NCBI GenBank assembly: GCA_964618335.1
Contig: CAZTYI010000001.1
Location: 1-57,918, forward strand
Length of the DNA: 57,918 nucleotides
Reading direction: 5' to 3'
From: an uncultured bacterium
Lineage (GTDB): Bacteria > Chlamydiota > Chlamydiia > Chlamydiales > SM23-39
Every line of letters begins with the position of its first letter. Position 1 is the stretch's first letter. The notes beneath the pieces were generated by a model. It was given only the letters and a program-made list of their open reading frames with translations, was not told the origin of the DNA and did no database searches. Below, one piece after another: positions 28,618-38,854 of the stretch. Position numbers and translations under genes: made by a program.

Positions 28618-29754
28618 ATGAGAAAATTAATTTTTTTCCTGCTTTTACTCTTCGCTCTTTATCAAAAAGAAAGTAAAGCTGCCGAAAACCCAGCTTTTTC
28701 TTTTGACACACAAAAAAGGATCTCTTCCTGCCGTAGGAAAGATGGTTCTCTATTATTTTACAGCTACGATGCTCTCGACCGGATAGTCTATGTCAATTCT
28801 TCTGATGAGAGCTGCGAATATGAATTCATCTACGAAGGATCGGCTTTAGAACCAGCCTTAGTTTATAATAAAAATGCTAATGCCTCCTGGCCCTCCCCTT
28901 TTCCAGAAACTCTTTTTACTCAAGAAAAACTGCCCTTTTATGTAGCTTTGCAAATTGAAGCCACTAAACTGATTTTAAAAGGAACTGCGCAGTTTGTCAA
29001 AGTTAGTACATTTTTAGAAGATCTTGGTAAAAAAATACCAGTCCCTGTCTTAAACGATCTTTTTTTAGCTTCTGCAGAGCTTTTAAAGCTCGCTTACAAT
29101 CCGATCGAAGACAAACCCTATGTCTACCTCTTAAAAACCCAAGGAGAGAAAAACACTCCTATCCGCTTGGGTTATTTAAATGGCATGATGAACATTGATG
29201 AAGGAGAGAGCCTTTATTCAGGAGACCTGATTCTAGAAAAAACTAAAGAAAATCTAAAATTGGATCTTTTTTACATGCCTTCGCATGGCTATGTCATCGA
29301 TATCCTAGAATGTGTACTTTTGAAATTAGGCATGGAGACGCCTAATACAATCCGTTTCCGCGAAGAAATCCGCCAAGTCCTGGCAGAGCTTCCTCAGAAT
29401 AGCAAATACATCCTGCTATTGCATTCAAAGGCTTCTCTGCTCTCTGAAGTTGCGCTAGCTGATCTAACTGAAGAAGAAAGAAGTAAACTGGAGCTTTATT
29501 CTTTCGCTCCAGTCAGTTTTTTAAAAGACAATTATGGCTCTAAAGTCGAAAACTTTTCTTCTAAATTCGACGCTGTTTTCCTACAAGACCCGATTGGTCT
29601 GATCAATTATCTTTTTTCTGAAAAAATCAACTTTGAATGGCTTTCGCCCTTAGAAAGAATTCCCTTCCTAGATCATCGTTTCGGTTCAGAGACCTATCAA
29701 ACCAAAATCAAAGAAGTGATTGAAGAAGTGTTAGCTCGCTATCAGATTAATTAA
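28618..29754 (+). CDS. secreted protein with YD-repeat-like motif and possible alpha/beta-hydrolase-like C-terminal domain
   Basis: It has a signal peptide (MRKLIFFLLLLFALYQKESKA) and one YD-repeat-like unit (DGSLLFYSYDALDRIVYV). The C-terminal blocks GYLNGMMN, YMPSHGYVIDILE and ILLLHSKASLL loosely resemble a lipase/esterase fold with an HS nucleophile elbow. Confidence 0.5.
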   Translation: MRKLIFFLLLLFALYQKESKAAENPAFSFDTQKRISSCRRKDGSLLFYSYDALDRIVYVNSSDESCEYEFIYEGSALEPALVYNKNANASWPSPFPETLFTQEKLPFYVALQIEATKLILKGTAQFVKVSTFLEDLGKKIPVPVLNDLFLASAELLKLAYNPIEDKPYVYLLKTQGEKNTPIRLGYLNGMMNIDEGESLYSGDLILEKTKENLKLDLFYMPSHGYVIDILECVLLKLGMETPNTIRFREEIRQVLAELPQNSKYILLLHSKASLLSEVALADLTEEERSKLELYSFAPVSFLKDNYGSKVENFSSKFDAVFLQDPIGLINYLFSEKINFEWLSPLERIPFLDHRFGSETYQTKIKEVIEEVLARYQIN

Positions 29755-29756
29755 CT

Positions 29757-30623
29757 TTACTCATTATCTTTTTTCGACAGAATTTCAATAATCTCTGTTC
29801 GCGCCTCAGCAGATGATCCAGGAACAGGATTTCGAGAAATGAGTTCCGGACAACCATTTAAATTTGGATTTTCTGCTTTATTTGGCGGATTTAATACAGG
29901 ATTCAATCTTTCAATCAACATTTGCATTTTTTGAAAGACATAAACACCACAGTCGGTACAGTTCCACTGGTGTTTTTGAGTATTTTCATAAAGAACTTCA
30001 GCATTGACATAAGTGTCTTTAAACCGCTCTTCAATAAAATAACCTAAAGTAAAGGTACTGCCTGCTAAACATCTTTCCTGCGAAGCTCTGATCGGTTTAC
30101 CTTTAGAGTCATAGTAATAAGCAATTTTATTTTTTACATCATAAGCCAAAAGCACAATGTGATTCTCTAATGCGCCTTCTAAAACCAATGGGATTAAAAC
30201 CAATGATTTCTGCTTGTTGCCTTGATCGTCAATATCAAACAGCTGTGGAATTTTTTCATCAGTTGTAACCTCTCTAAGTGTTAGAAAATCTGTATCTAAA
30301 ACAACTTCCGGATGGGTTTTTTCTAGCTGAGTTTTGTATTCTTCAAAAAGAGCCGGGTCTAAACGCTGAAATCTTTGTAATCGAGAGATAACAGAAACTA
30401 TATTACTGCCCTGTTCTATTTGTGCTGCAAAAGTAGTGGCTGGATCTTTAATCACTGTAAGTGGCCTTAAACTTCTTAAACGCAAAAATAGCTCTCCTAC
30501 AAGATCAATGACTTTAGCTACCAAGTCCCTCAATACCATGCTGAGAGTGACTGGCGTAAAATCCATCTTAGGATATTGAAGTATAAAATCCCGGACTTGC
30601 CTATGATTAGCGTGTGTTAACAT
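29757..30623 (-). CDS. CE-clan (Ulp1/SENP, ChlaDUB-like) cysteine protease, candidate secreted effector
   Basis: The catalytic signature appears in canonical order and spacing: H155 (ENHIVLLAYD), D172 (AYYYDSKG), Q219 (QKHQWN) and C225 (CTDCGVYVF). The His codon is at 30159-30161 and the Cys codon at 29949-29951. No signal peptide. Confidence 0.7.
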   Translation of the reverse strand: MLTHANHRQVRDFILQYPKMDFTPVTLSMVLRDLVAKVIDLVGELFLRLRSLRPLTVIKDPATTFAAQIEQGSNIVSVISRLQRFQRLDPALFEEYKTQLEKTHPEVVLDTDFLTLREVTTDEKIPQLFDIDDQGNKQKSLVLIPLVLEGALENHIVLLAYDVKNKIAYYYDSKGKPIRASQERCLAGSTFTLGYFIEERFKDTYVNAEVLYENTQKHQWNCTDCGVYVFQKMQMLIERLNPVLNPPNKAENPNLNGCPELISRNPVPGSSAEARTEIIEILSKKDNE

Positions 30624-30788
30624 AATTTACCTTGTGTTTTTTAATACTTTATTTAAGTTATTTCTATTATTATTTTTAGCTTTAAATTATTAATTATAGT
30701 TATATTTTATATAGTAATTATTATAACAAAAATAAGCTTAAAATAATAGTTAATTATACTAATTTTTTGAATAATTTAAAAGCCAGAC

Positions 30789-33299
30789 TTAGCCTTTCTT
30801 AAATAGACGTAAGTATAATATTTCCAACCACTTACGTACCTCGACAATCAAGAACCCGAAAAGAGCTAAAAAGATCGGGTATTTCCAGGCTTCTAGAGGC
30901 AGCGGTGCAACGTGCAAGAGGTCAGAGATCCCATAAACTGCTAAAATCTGCAATCCAAGGCCTAGAAACACAGCTAGATAGATATAGGGGTTAATAAAAA
31001 AGCTTCTTTTGATGTTTTGAAAAAAGGGCTCTTTTTCTTTTTGCGCCTGAATACCGTTAGTCCATTGAACTGCAGCTACAGCTGTAAAGGTGATCGAAGA
31101 AGCCAATTCATACGAATAGTGGTTTAAAAGGAAACGGAACATTAAGAAAGAAGTTAAACCAATCGTCAAAGCAAAAAATAGAATATTGGTCATCTGAGGA
31201 AAATCAAAAAAGGAAGAAGAGGGTTTTTTACGCATAACCGCCCATTCTTCTCGGGCAAAAGGAAAAGTCTTGTCCTGCACCCCGTCAGTTACCAAGTTAA
31301 TCCATAAAATCTGAACCGGCATAAGAGGAAGCGGCAGATTAGCTAAAATAGCAAAGCTGATTAAAAAGATCTCCAGAAGAGAGGTGGAAAGAAGATAGTA
31401 AAGTACTTTTCTAGTATTGGCAATAATGATTCTGCCGCCGCGGATAGCATCGACAATAATTTTTAAATCGTTGTCGGTAATAATCATTTTAGCCACGCTT
31501 TTCGCCGCTTCAGTTCCAGAGCCCATGGCAATCCCTAAATCTGCGGCTTTTAAAGCCGGCACATCATTGACTCCATCTCCCGAGACAACCACAATCTCCC
31601 CTCTTTTCTGCAGCATCTTCACTAATTTGTATTTATGTTCTGGTAAAATGCGGGCAAAGACTGTCGCTTTTTTTAAAACTTTGCTCATCTGAGAGGGTTT
31701 TAGATTATCAAGCTCTTCTCCTGTTAAAACCAAATCGTTTTCATGATAAATGCCGACTTTTTGTGCTACAGTTTTAGCTGTCAGCGAAAAATCCCCTGTC
31801 ATCATTACAACTCTCAGTCCGGCTTCTTTAGCTGCGTTAACGGCATGCAAAGTGCTTTCTTTAGGCGGATCTAAAAAACCAATCAGGCCAACTATCTGGA
31901 TTTGCCAATCCTGGCTCTGAGCAGAAGTAAAATCCCCCATGCCAAAAGCTAAAAGTCGCAGTCCTAAAGAAGACAAGTAATTATGCCTTTCATCTAAACG
32001 CTCAAAATCTTCAATGTTAGAAGCAAACTTTTTCAACTCTTCGTAAGCGCCTTTAATTAGGAGTTTTTTTTCGCCTTCAATTTCAGAGGCAAGCGCCATT
32101 AAACGCAAATTAGCATCAAAGCCATAGCTCCAAATGCGCGCGTACTTGAGACGCTCTTCTTCGTAATCGGAAATCCACGAAGCCAGCGCTGTATCGATCG
32201 CATCTCCCTTGCCAGCTTCAGCGTCATTGCAAAGCAGCGCTACGATCTTTAATTTTTTTTCATCAACGGCATAAACCTCTTCCACTTTAATATTGCCAGT
32301 CGTAATAGTACCGGTTTTATCAGAAGCAATCACAGTAGCGGAACCAAGTGTTTCGACGGAAGGCAGATAGCGGATCAAGGTCTTTTTTTTCGAAAGGTTC
32401 ATCGCTCCCAAAACCAAGACAAGGGTGATAACCATCGGCAGCCCTTCAGGAACGGCTGAAACCAATTGAGCCAGCAAGACATAAGCAGCCTCATTAAGCC
32501 CAATGCCATTTTTGTAAACCGCAAAAAGACCCAATCCAAGAAGTAAAATAATTAAAAATAAAGTGTACCGCTTAGTAAACATTTTCATGGCTTTGGTCAA
32601 AGGAGTCTCAGGAGAAACCTCCTGAGCTTTTTGAGCAATCGCTGCCAAATAAGTGCTCTTTCCAGTATTGACAACTACAGCCCTGGCGGTTCCCTTAACT
32701 ATTGTAGTGCCGGTAAAAAGCATGTTTTTCTGTTCATAGATGGGCGTATCCTCTTTTAAAAGTAAATGAGCTTCTTTATCCACCGGCATAGATTCTCCGG
32801 TCAAAGAGGATTCATCGGCCATTAAAGAAGAGCTGACAAGCAGCCGCATGTCAGCTGCAACTATTGCTCCCTCGAAAAGCAAAACTACATCGCCTGGAAC
32901 CATTTCGGAAGAAGATATCATCTGAGCTTTATTATCTCTAAAAACCTTGTCCTGGCTTTCAGTCAGTTTTTGTAAAGCTTTAATGGAGATTTCTGCTTTC
33001 AGCTCCTGCCAAAAACCAACTATGCCATTAATCAAAAGTAAAGCGCAAATCACCCAAAAATCAATAAACTTGCCGGAAAAAAGAGAGATCAAAGCTGCTA
33101 AGATCAGCACATAGATCATGAGATTATTAAATTGGCGGAAAAAAATACGAAGATGGGAAATCTTTTCTTCTTTTAAAGAATTTTTACCAAAAACTTTCAG
33201 ACGTTTCTTAGCATCGTCGGAAGAAAGCCCGCGGCTTTCCGCCTGCAAATGCTCCAAAACTTTTTCTGGAGGAAGTGTATGGGGGTTCCTGCAAAACAT
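30789..33299 (-). CDS. P-type cation-transporting ATPase (P2/Ca2+-ATPase-like)
   Basis: It has TGES (SLTGESMPV), PEGLP (SAVPEGLPMV), the phosphorylation site SDKTGTITTG, and the hinge GDGVNDVPALKAADLGIAMG. Confidence 0.9.
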   Translation of the reverse strand: MFCRNPHTLPPEKVLEHLQAESRGLSSDDAKKRLKVFGKNSLKEEKISHLRIFFRQFNNLMIYVLILAALISLFSGKFIDFWVICALLLINGIVGFWQELKAEISIKALQKLTESQDKVFRDNKAQMISSSEMVPGDVVLLFEGAIVAADMRLLVSSSLMADESSLTGESMPVDKEAHLLLKEDTPIYEQKNMLFTGTTIVKGTARAVVVNTGKSTYLAAIAQKAQEVSPETPLTKAMKMFTKRYTLFLIILLLGLGLFAVYKNGIGLNEAAYVLLAQLVSAVPEGLPMVITLVLVLGAMNLSKKKTLIRYLPSVETLGSATVIASDKTGTITTGNIKVEEVYAVDEKKLKIVALLCNDAEAGKGDAIDTALASWISDYEEERLKYARIWSYGFDANLRLMALASEIEGEKKLLIKGAYEELKKFASNIEDFERLDERHNYLSSLGLRLLAFGMGDFTSAQSQDWQIQIVGLIGFLDPPKESTLHAVNAAKEAGLRVVMMTGDFSLTAKTVAQKVGIYHENDLVLTGEELDNLKPSQMSKVLKKATVFARILPEHKYKLVKMLQKRGEIVVVSGDGVNDVPALKAADLGIAMGSGTEAAKSVAKMIITDNDLKIIVDAIRGGRIIIANTRKVLYYLLSTSLLEIFLISFAILANLPLPLMPVQILWINLVTDGVQDKTFPFAREEWAVMRKKPSSSFFDFPQMTNILFFALTIGLTSFLMFRFLLNHYSYELASSITFTAVAAVQWTNGIQAQKEKEPFFQNIKRSFFINPYIYLAVFLGLGLQILAVYGISDLLHVAPLPLEAWKYPIFLALFGFLIVEVRKWLEILYLRLFKKG

Positions 33300-33503
33300 T
33301 TAATTAAAAAACCTTTTTCTTTTATATGGCAGGTTTTTTAATCAGATTCAAGTAGTTTTTTAAAAAAAAAAAGCATTTTAAAAGAATAAAAACAACTAAG
33401 ATTTTTCTAAAAAAAACCTAAAAAGGAAAAGGTACTGATATTTTTAAAAAAAGTATCGATCTTTAAAGACTGAAAGCCCAAAAATAAAAATAATAAAAAT
33501 TTC

Positions 33504-33800
33504 TCAATACTTAATATTGAACTTGTTCTTCGCCAGTCTAATTAAAGTCCTAACTGCTAGTTTAGCATCTTCGCCGACAGCTTCGATTTTAATCTTAGAG
33601 CCTTTAGCGGCTGCCAGCATTAAAACACCTAGCAAAGATTTAGCATTAACCACATAGCCATGATAGAAAAGATTAATCTGACTGCTATAGCCAGAAGCGC
33701 ACTTAACCAACTCAGTCGCTGGCCGGGTATGCAATCCTTTTTCGTTTTCAATCACAAAAGAAGATTTTTTACAGACAATACTTTTTCTATTTCTAAACAT
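33504..33800 (-). CDS. ptsH: phosphocarrier protein HPr
   Basis: It has the active-site His context GLHTRPATELV and the regulatory Ser context NAKSLLGVLML. It carries a ~9-aa N-terminal extension relative to typical HPr. Confidence 0.85.
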   Translation of the reverse strand: MFRNRKSIVCKKSSFVIENEKGLHTRPATELVKCASGYSSQINLFYHGYVVNAKSLLGVLMLAAAKGSKIKIEAVGEDAKLAVRTLIRLAKNKFNIKY

Positions 33801-33805
33801 GTTAT

Positions 33806-33830
33806 TTCTATTCTATTCTATTCTATTCTA
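33806..33830. repeat. pentanucleotide microsatellite (TTCTA)5
   Basis: Five perfect tandem TTCTA units, which read as (TAGAA)5 on the ptsH strand. They end 5 nt upstream of the ptsH ATG, and degenerate copies continue into the first codons (33781-33800). Confidence 0.9.
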
Positions 33831-33874
33831 TTTCCTAAAAACTTTATCTTCTAAAAGATCAATTATTTCTATCT

Positions 33875-35749
33875 TTATTTTTGAGAAGCTGGCATCAGCT
33901 CTTCTAACTGATCCATTAACTTTTCAAACCGTTTTATAAAGGCCTCAATAGGCTCCTTTTTAGTTAAATCCACTCCCGTGCTCTTCAAAAGATCCAAAGG
34001 ATAGCGGCTACTTCCTGATTGTAAAAAGGTCAAATATTCTTGACAATTCTTTTTATCTTTTTTAATGGCTTCGAGATAAGCTACTGCAGCAGCAATCCCC
34101 GTAGCGTATTGATAAACATAAAAATCATAATAAAAATGAGGCACTCTCGCCCATTCTATAGCCACCTTATCATCTACAACCAAATCAGCGCCATAGTACT
34201 CTTGATACATCTTTTTATAGGTATCTTTTAAAAGGGTTAAAGTTAGCGGGTCTCCTTTTTCTGCCATTTGATGAATGCGTAATTCAAAATCAGCAAACAT
34301 TGTCTGGCGGAAAAAAGTAGCCTGCATATTATCTAAAAGAGAAGTGATCAAAAAAGCCTTTCGTTTTTGATCCTGCGTTTCTTTTAAAAGATAATCCATC
34401 AAAAGCTGTTCGTTAAAAGTAGAAGCGATTTCCGCTATAAAAATCGAATAGACGGAATAAACATAGGGCTGGTTTTTATTGATCATTTCACTTTGCATGC
34501 TATGCCCTGCTTCATGCGCTAGCGTAGAAACATCATTTAAAGAACCGTGGAAGTTTAAGAGAATATAAGGATAGCTGTCATAACAGCCTGAAGAATAACC
34601 ACCCGGTCTTTTATTTTCGCATTCAAAGTAATCGATCCAGCGCTCTTGGTTTAAACCTAAAGCCAGTCTTTCTTGGTATGGTTTTCCTAAAACAGCTACG
34701 GCTTTTAAAACCGCTGCTTTAGCTTCTTCTACATTCATTTTAAAATCCACCCCAGTCACAATCGGTGCATTTAAATCGTAGACATGAAAATCTTTCAACT
34801 TCAAAAGCTTTTTTTTCAAACTGACAAAGCGGTGTAAAACCGATCGGTTAGCTTTCACTGTTTTGATCAAATTAGTATAAACTTCTGTGTTGATATTATG
34901 TTTAAACAGCGCATTGGCTAAAGAGCTTTTAAAATGGGTAGCCTTCGCATTAAAAATATGCTTTTGAACATGTCCTGAAAGCAGATGAGTTAAAGTGTTT
35001 TCCATCTTTTCATATCCGCTACTAAGGCTGTTGAAAGCATTCTCACGCAAAGTACGGTCCGGGCTTTTGATATAGACATAGTAAGAGCCGTGAGTCAAAG
35101 GCAGAGTTTGACCAGCACTATTTTTGATTGGTTGAAAAGTGACATCCAAACCATTTAAAGCACTAAAAGTTTTCTTAGGAGTATCTAAAGGTTTTTGCGC
35201 TTTGGCTAACAGTTCTTCTTCAGAAAGTGGCAGAGTATGATCTTTCCAACGCAGTCTATTTTCTAAATAAAAATGGTATTCTTTTAAAACTGGATCTTTT
35301 AGATATTCTGCCATTTGTTGACTGGGGATTTTTAGAATCTCTGGTTCGAGCCAAGAGGTTTTAACTTCAAAGGTATAATTCAAAGCTTCGATTTTAGAGC
35401 AAGCCTCGTTAGCCTGATCATTAGAGAGATCTTCATCTCTCCAAATTTTAGCATAAACTAATAAACAGGCCAGCCTGCGATCCATGGTAAAAAAAAGATC
35501 CAGCGTTTGTTTTAAAGTCTTGCTATTTTCAGATAATTTATTTTGATAAGACGCTAATTGCTCCCAATCTTGGGATTTTTCCATTTTTTGAAAAGAGCGA
35601 TACCACAAATCTTGAGAAGCATACATCACTTCTTTATCCCACTTATATTTTGCTTCAACTTTCTGACGATCGAATACCATGGTTTCTTCTCCTATTAAAC
35701 CGCTTATTAAAAAATTAACTATCAAAAGCAAAGCTAACCTTAAAAACAT
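33875..35749 (-). CDS. pepF: oligoendopeptidase F (M3B metallopeptidase)
   Basis: It has the zinc motif HEAGHSM and M3B length. There are two candidate starts, ATG 35749 (GGGAG RBS; adds a hydrophobic leader MFLRLALLLIVNFLISGLIG) and ATG 35680 (GGAG RBS; cytosolic form). Confidence 0.85.
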   Translation of the reverse strand: MFLRLALLLIVNFLISGLIGEETMVFDRQKVEAKYKWDKEVMYASQDLWYRSFQKMEKSQDWEQLASYQNKLSENSKTLKQTLDLFFTMDRRLACLLVYAKIWRDEDLSNDQANEACSKIEALNYTFEVKTSWLEPEILKIPSQQMAEYLKDPVLKEYHFYLENRLRWKDHTLPLSEEELLAKAQKPLDTPKKTFSALNGLDVTFQPIKNSAGQTLPLTHGSYYVYIKSPDRTLRENAFNSLSSGYEKMENTLTHLLSGHVQKHIFNAKATHFKSSLANALFKHNINTEVYTNLIKTVKANRSVLHRFVSLKKKLLKLKDFHVYDLNAPIVTGVDFKMNVEEAKAAVLKAVAVLGKPYQERLALGLNQERWIDYFECENKRPGGYSSGCYDSYPYILLNFHGSLNDVSTLAHEAGHSMQSEMINKNQPYVYSVYSIFIAEIASTFNEQLLMDYLLKETQDQKRKAFLITSLLDNMQATFFRQTMFADFELRIHQMAEKGDPLTLTLLKDTYKKMYQEYYGADLVVDDKVAIEWARVPHFYYDFYVYQYATGIAAAVAYLEAIKKDKKNCQEYLTFLQSGSSRYPLDLLKSTGVDLTKKEPIEAFIKRFEKLMDQLEELMPASQK

Positions 35750-35862
35750 TTATTTCTCCCTTTTCCACCTTTTTCGCATCTAAATTTTCTTTTATCTATT
35801 ATTTAAGAGTATTGGTTTTTTAAATTTTGTATATCAAATAATTTTTTATCTTTCAAAAAAAA

Positions 35863-35889
35863 TTAGCACTTGTTTATTAAACCTGCTAA
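35863..35889 (+). promoter_or_regulatory. CIRCE-like HrcA operator upstream of groES
   Basis: The sequence is TTAGCACTT-N9-ACCTGCTAA, against the consensus TTAGCACTC-N9-GAGTGCTAA. The left arm matches 8/9 and the right arm 6/9. It lies 66 nt upstream of the groES ATG. Confidence 0.55.
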
Positions 35890-35954
35890 AGTGTTGCAAA
35901 AAAAATTACAATACCATATACTTTGGCTCACTTTAAAACTCATGGAGGCTAACT

Positions 35955-36272
35955 ATGACAGGACAAGCTGAAAAGAAAAAAACTATTTTAAAACCACTCG
36001 GTAATCGAGTTGTGGCAAAACGTACTGAAGAAGAAGAAACTCTAAAAGGCGGCATTATCATACCTGATAGCGCTAAGAAAAAACCAGAAACTGCCCGTGT
36101 CATCGCAGTTGGAGAAGGGACAAAAACTGAAGATGGTAAAATCATTCCTATTTCTCTCAAAGTAGGCGATTTAATTTTGATGGATAAATATTCCGGACAG
36201 GAAGTTACGATCGACGATGAAGATTACATTATTGTAAAAGCTGAAGACATTATCGCGACTATCGAAGAGTAA
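35955..36272 (+). CDS. groES: co-chaperonin GroES
   Basis: 105 aa with LKPLGNRVVAKR, GGIIIPDSAKKKP and GDLILMDKYSG. Confidence 0.95.
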   Translation: MTGQAEKKKTILKPLGNRVVAKRTEEEETLKGGIIIPDSAKKKPETARVIAVGEGTKTEDGKIIPISLKVGDLILMDKYSGQEVTIDDEDYIIVKAEDIIATIEE

Positions 36273-36345
36273 AAAGGGTGTTTTTTTTAGTATTAAAAAA
36301 AATAAACCAAAAAATTACAAAAATATAAAAAAATCTAAGGAGTGA

Positions 36346-37989
<1,644 letters not shown>

Positions 37990-38066
37990 TTAAAAAAGCT
38001 AACTATTGCAAAGTAATAATTAGTGTAAAAGCAATTCAAAGCTTTGTTTGATTAAAGTACAAAATT

Positions 38067-38114
38067 AAAAGCATCTTTCCTTAACTTAGGCTTAAGGAAA
38101 GATGCTTTTTTTTT
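38067..38114. terminator. bidirectional intrinsic terminator after groEL
   Basis: A perfect 18-bp stem pairs AAAAGCATCTTTCCTTAA (38067-38084) with TTAAGGAAAGATGCTTTT (38092-38109) around a 7-nt loop. It is followed by a T-run to 38114 and preceded by an A-run, so it can terminate both convergent genes. Confidence 0.8.
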
Positions 38115-38775
38115 AATTGTACTTATCATCCTGTAAAGACTTCATTACATCGTTAAAAATCGAAGGTGTTTTAAAAACATCTTTTAAAAGATCTGTCAAA
38201 CCCGCTGAACGGAATAGAGCCACGATCAGTTGCTGGATAGGAAAACCCTGATCGCTGGAGATATTTTGAAATTCTAAATTACTGAGCTTCAATCTATCTT
38301 CTTTTCCAGGAAAGAGCTTCATATCTTCTGCGTCGACGATTAATTTATCGAAATAAAGTTTTTCAATAACTACTGGTTCTTTAGCTGCTTTGGCTTCTTT
38401 TTTAGCCGCACGGCTGGCAATATCCGTCCAGTTGTTATCTGTACAAAGCGGATTGTCACAGGAAATATTCATGAGACTATTAGTAACTTTAATGGAATCT
38501 ATTTTTTTAGGTAAATTTCCTACCTGATAATCAACCACAATCTTTTCAGCTTTAAAAGCTGTTCTTTCTTGATATTTAGTTGGATTATTGATTTGAAAAC
38601 CCTTAATCACTATCTGGTTTGTAGAAAATTCAAGGCTGTCTACAGAAACCGAAACTTTTAACTGTTTAGATAAATAATAAGATAAAACAGGAGCTTTAAA
38701 GATCCAGAAAGCTAGGACAGCAGATAGAGCTAATCCTAAAATAACCATGAAACTTTTAAATAAAACCTTGTGCAT
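38113..38775 (-). CDS. membrane-anchored hypothetical protein, paralog A of a divergent pair
   Basis: It has an N-terminal TM span (FMVILGLALSAVLAFWIF) and shares blocks with ORF 38855-39544 (KVSVSVDSLEF vs KVSIQELDF; FQNISSDQGFPIQQL vs FTNISEKSGFPIEQL). Confidence 0.6.
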   Translation of the reverse strand: MHKVLFKSFMVILGLALSAVLAFWIFKAPVLSYYLSKQLKVSVSVDSLEFSTNQIVIKGFQINNPTKYQERTAFKAEKIVVDYQVGNLPKKIDSIKVTNSLMNISCDNPLCTDNNWTDIASRAAKKEAKAAKEPVVIEKLYFDKLIVDAEDMKLFPGKEDRLKLSNLEFQNISSDQGFPIQQLIVALFRSAGLTDLLKDVFKTPSIFNDVMKSLQDDKYN

Positions 38776-38854
38776 ATATTTCTTCCTTTTTTTTCAAAAT
38801 GACCTTTTTCCCTTTTTTTTTAAACAGTAATCTAATATTTCTAAAACTAACACT

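Noticed and set aside
28502-28711. A 69-aa very basic ORF on the minus strand that overlaps the start of the secreted-protein gene (28618).
   Set aside because: It lies in the rpiA / 28618 divergent promoter region. Its Lys/Arg/Phe-rich composition reflects A/T-rich sequence. It also overlaps the better-supported signal-peptide-encoding start of the plus-strand gene.
33301-33345. A stem-loop (AAAAACCT ... AGGTTTTT, ~16-nt loop) immediately upstream of the P-type ATPase start, considered as a riboswitch or translational control element.
   Set aside because: The stem is only 8 bp and mostly A/U, with no recognisable riboswitch core. It could equally be a weak terminator for ptsH read in the same direction. 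The evidence is insufficient.
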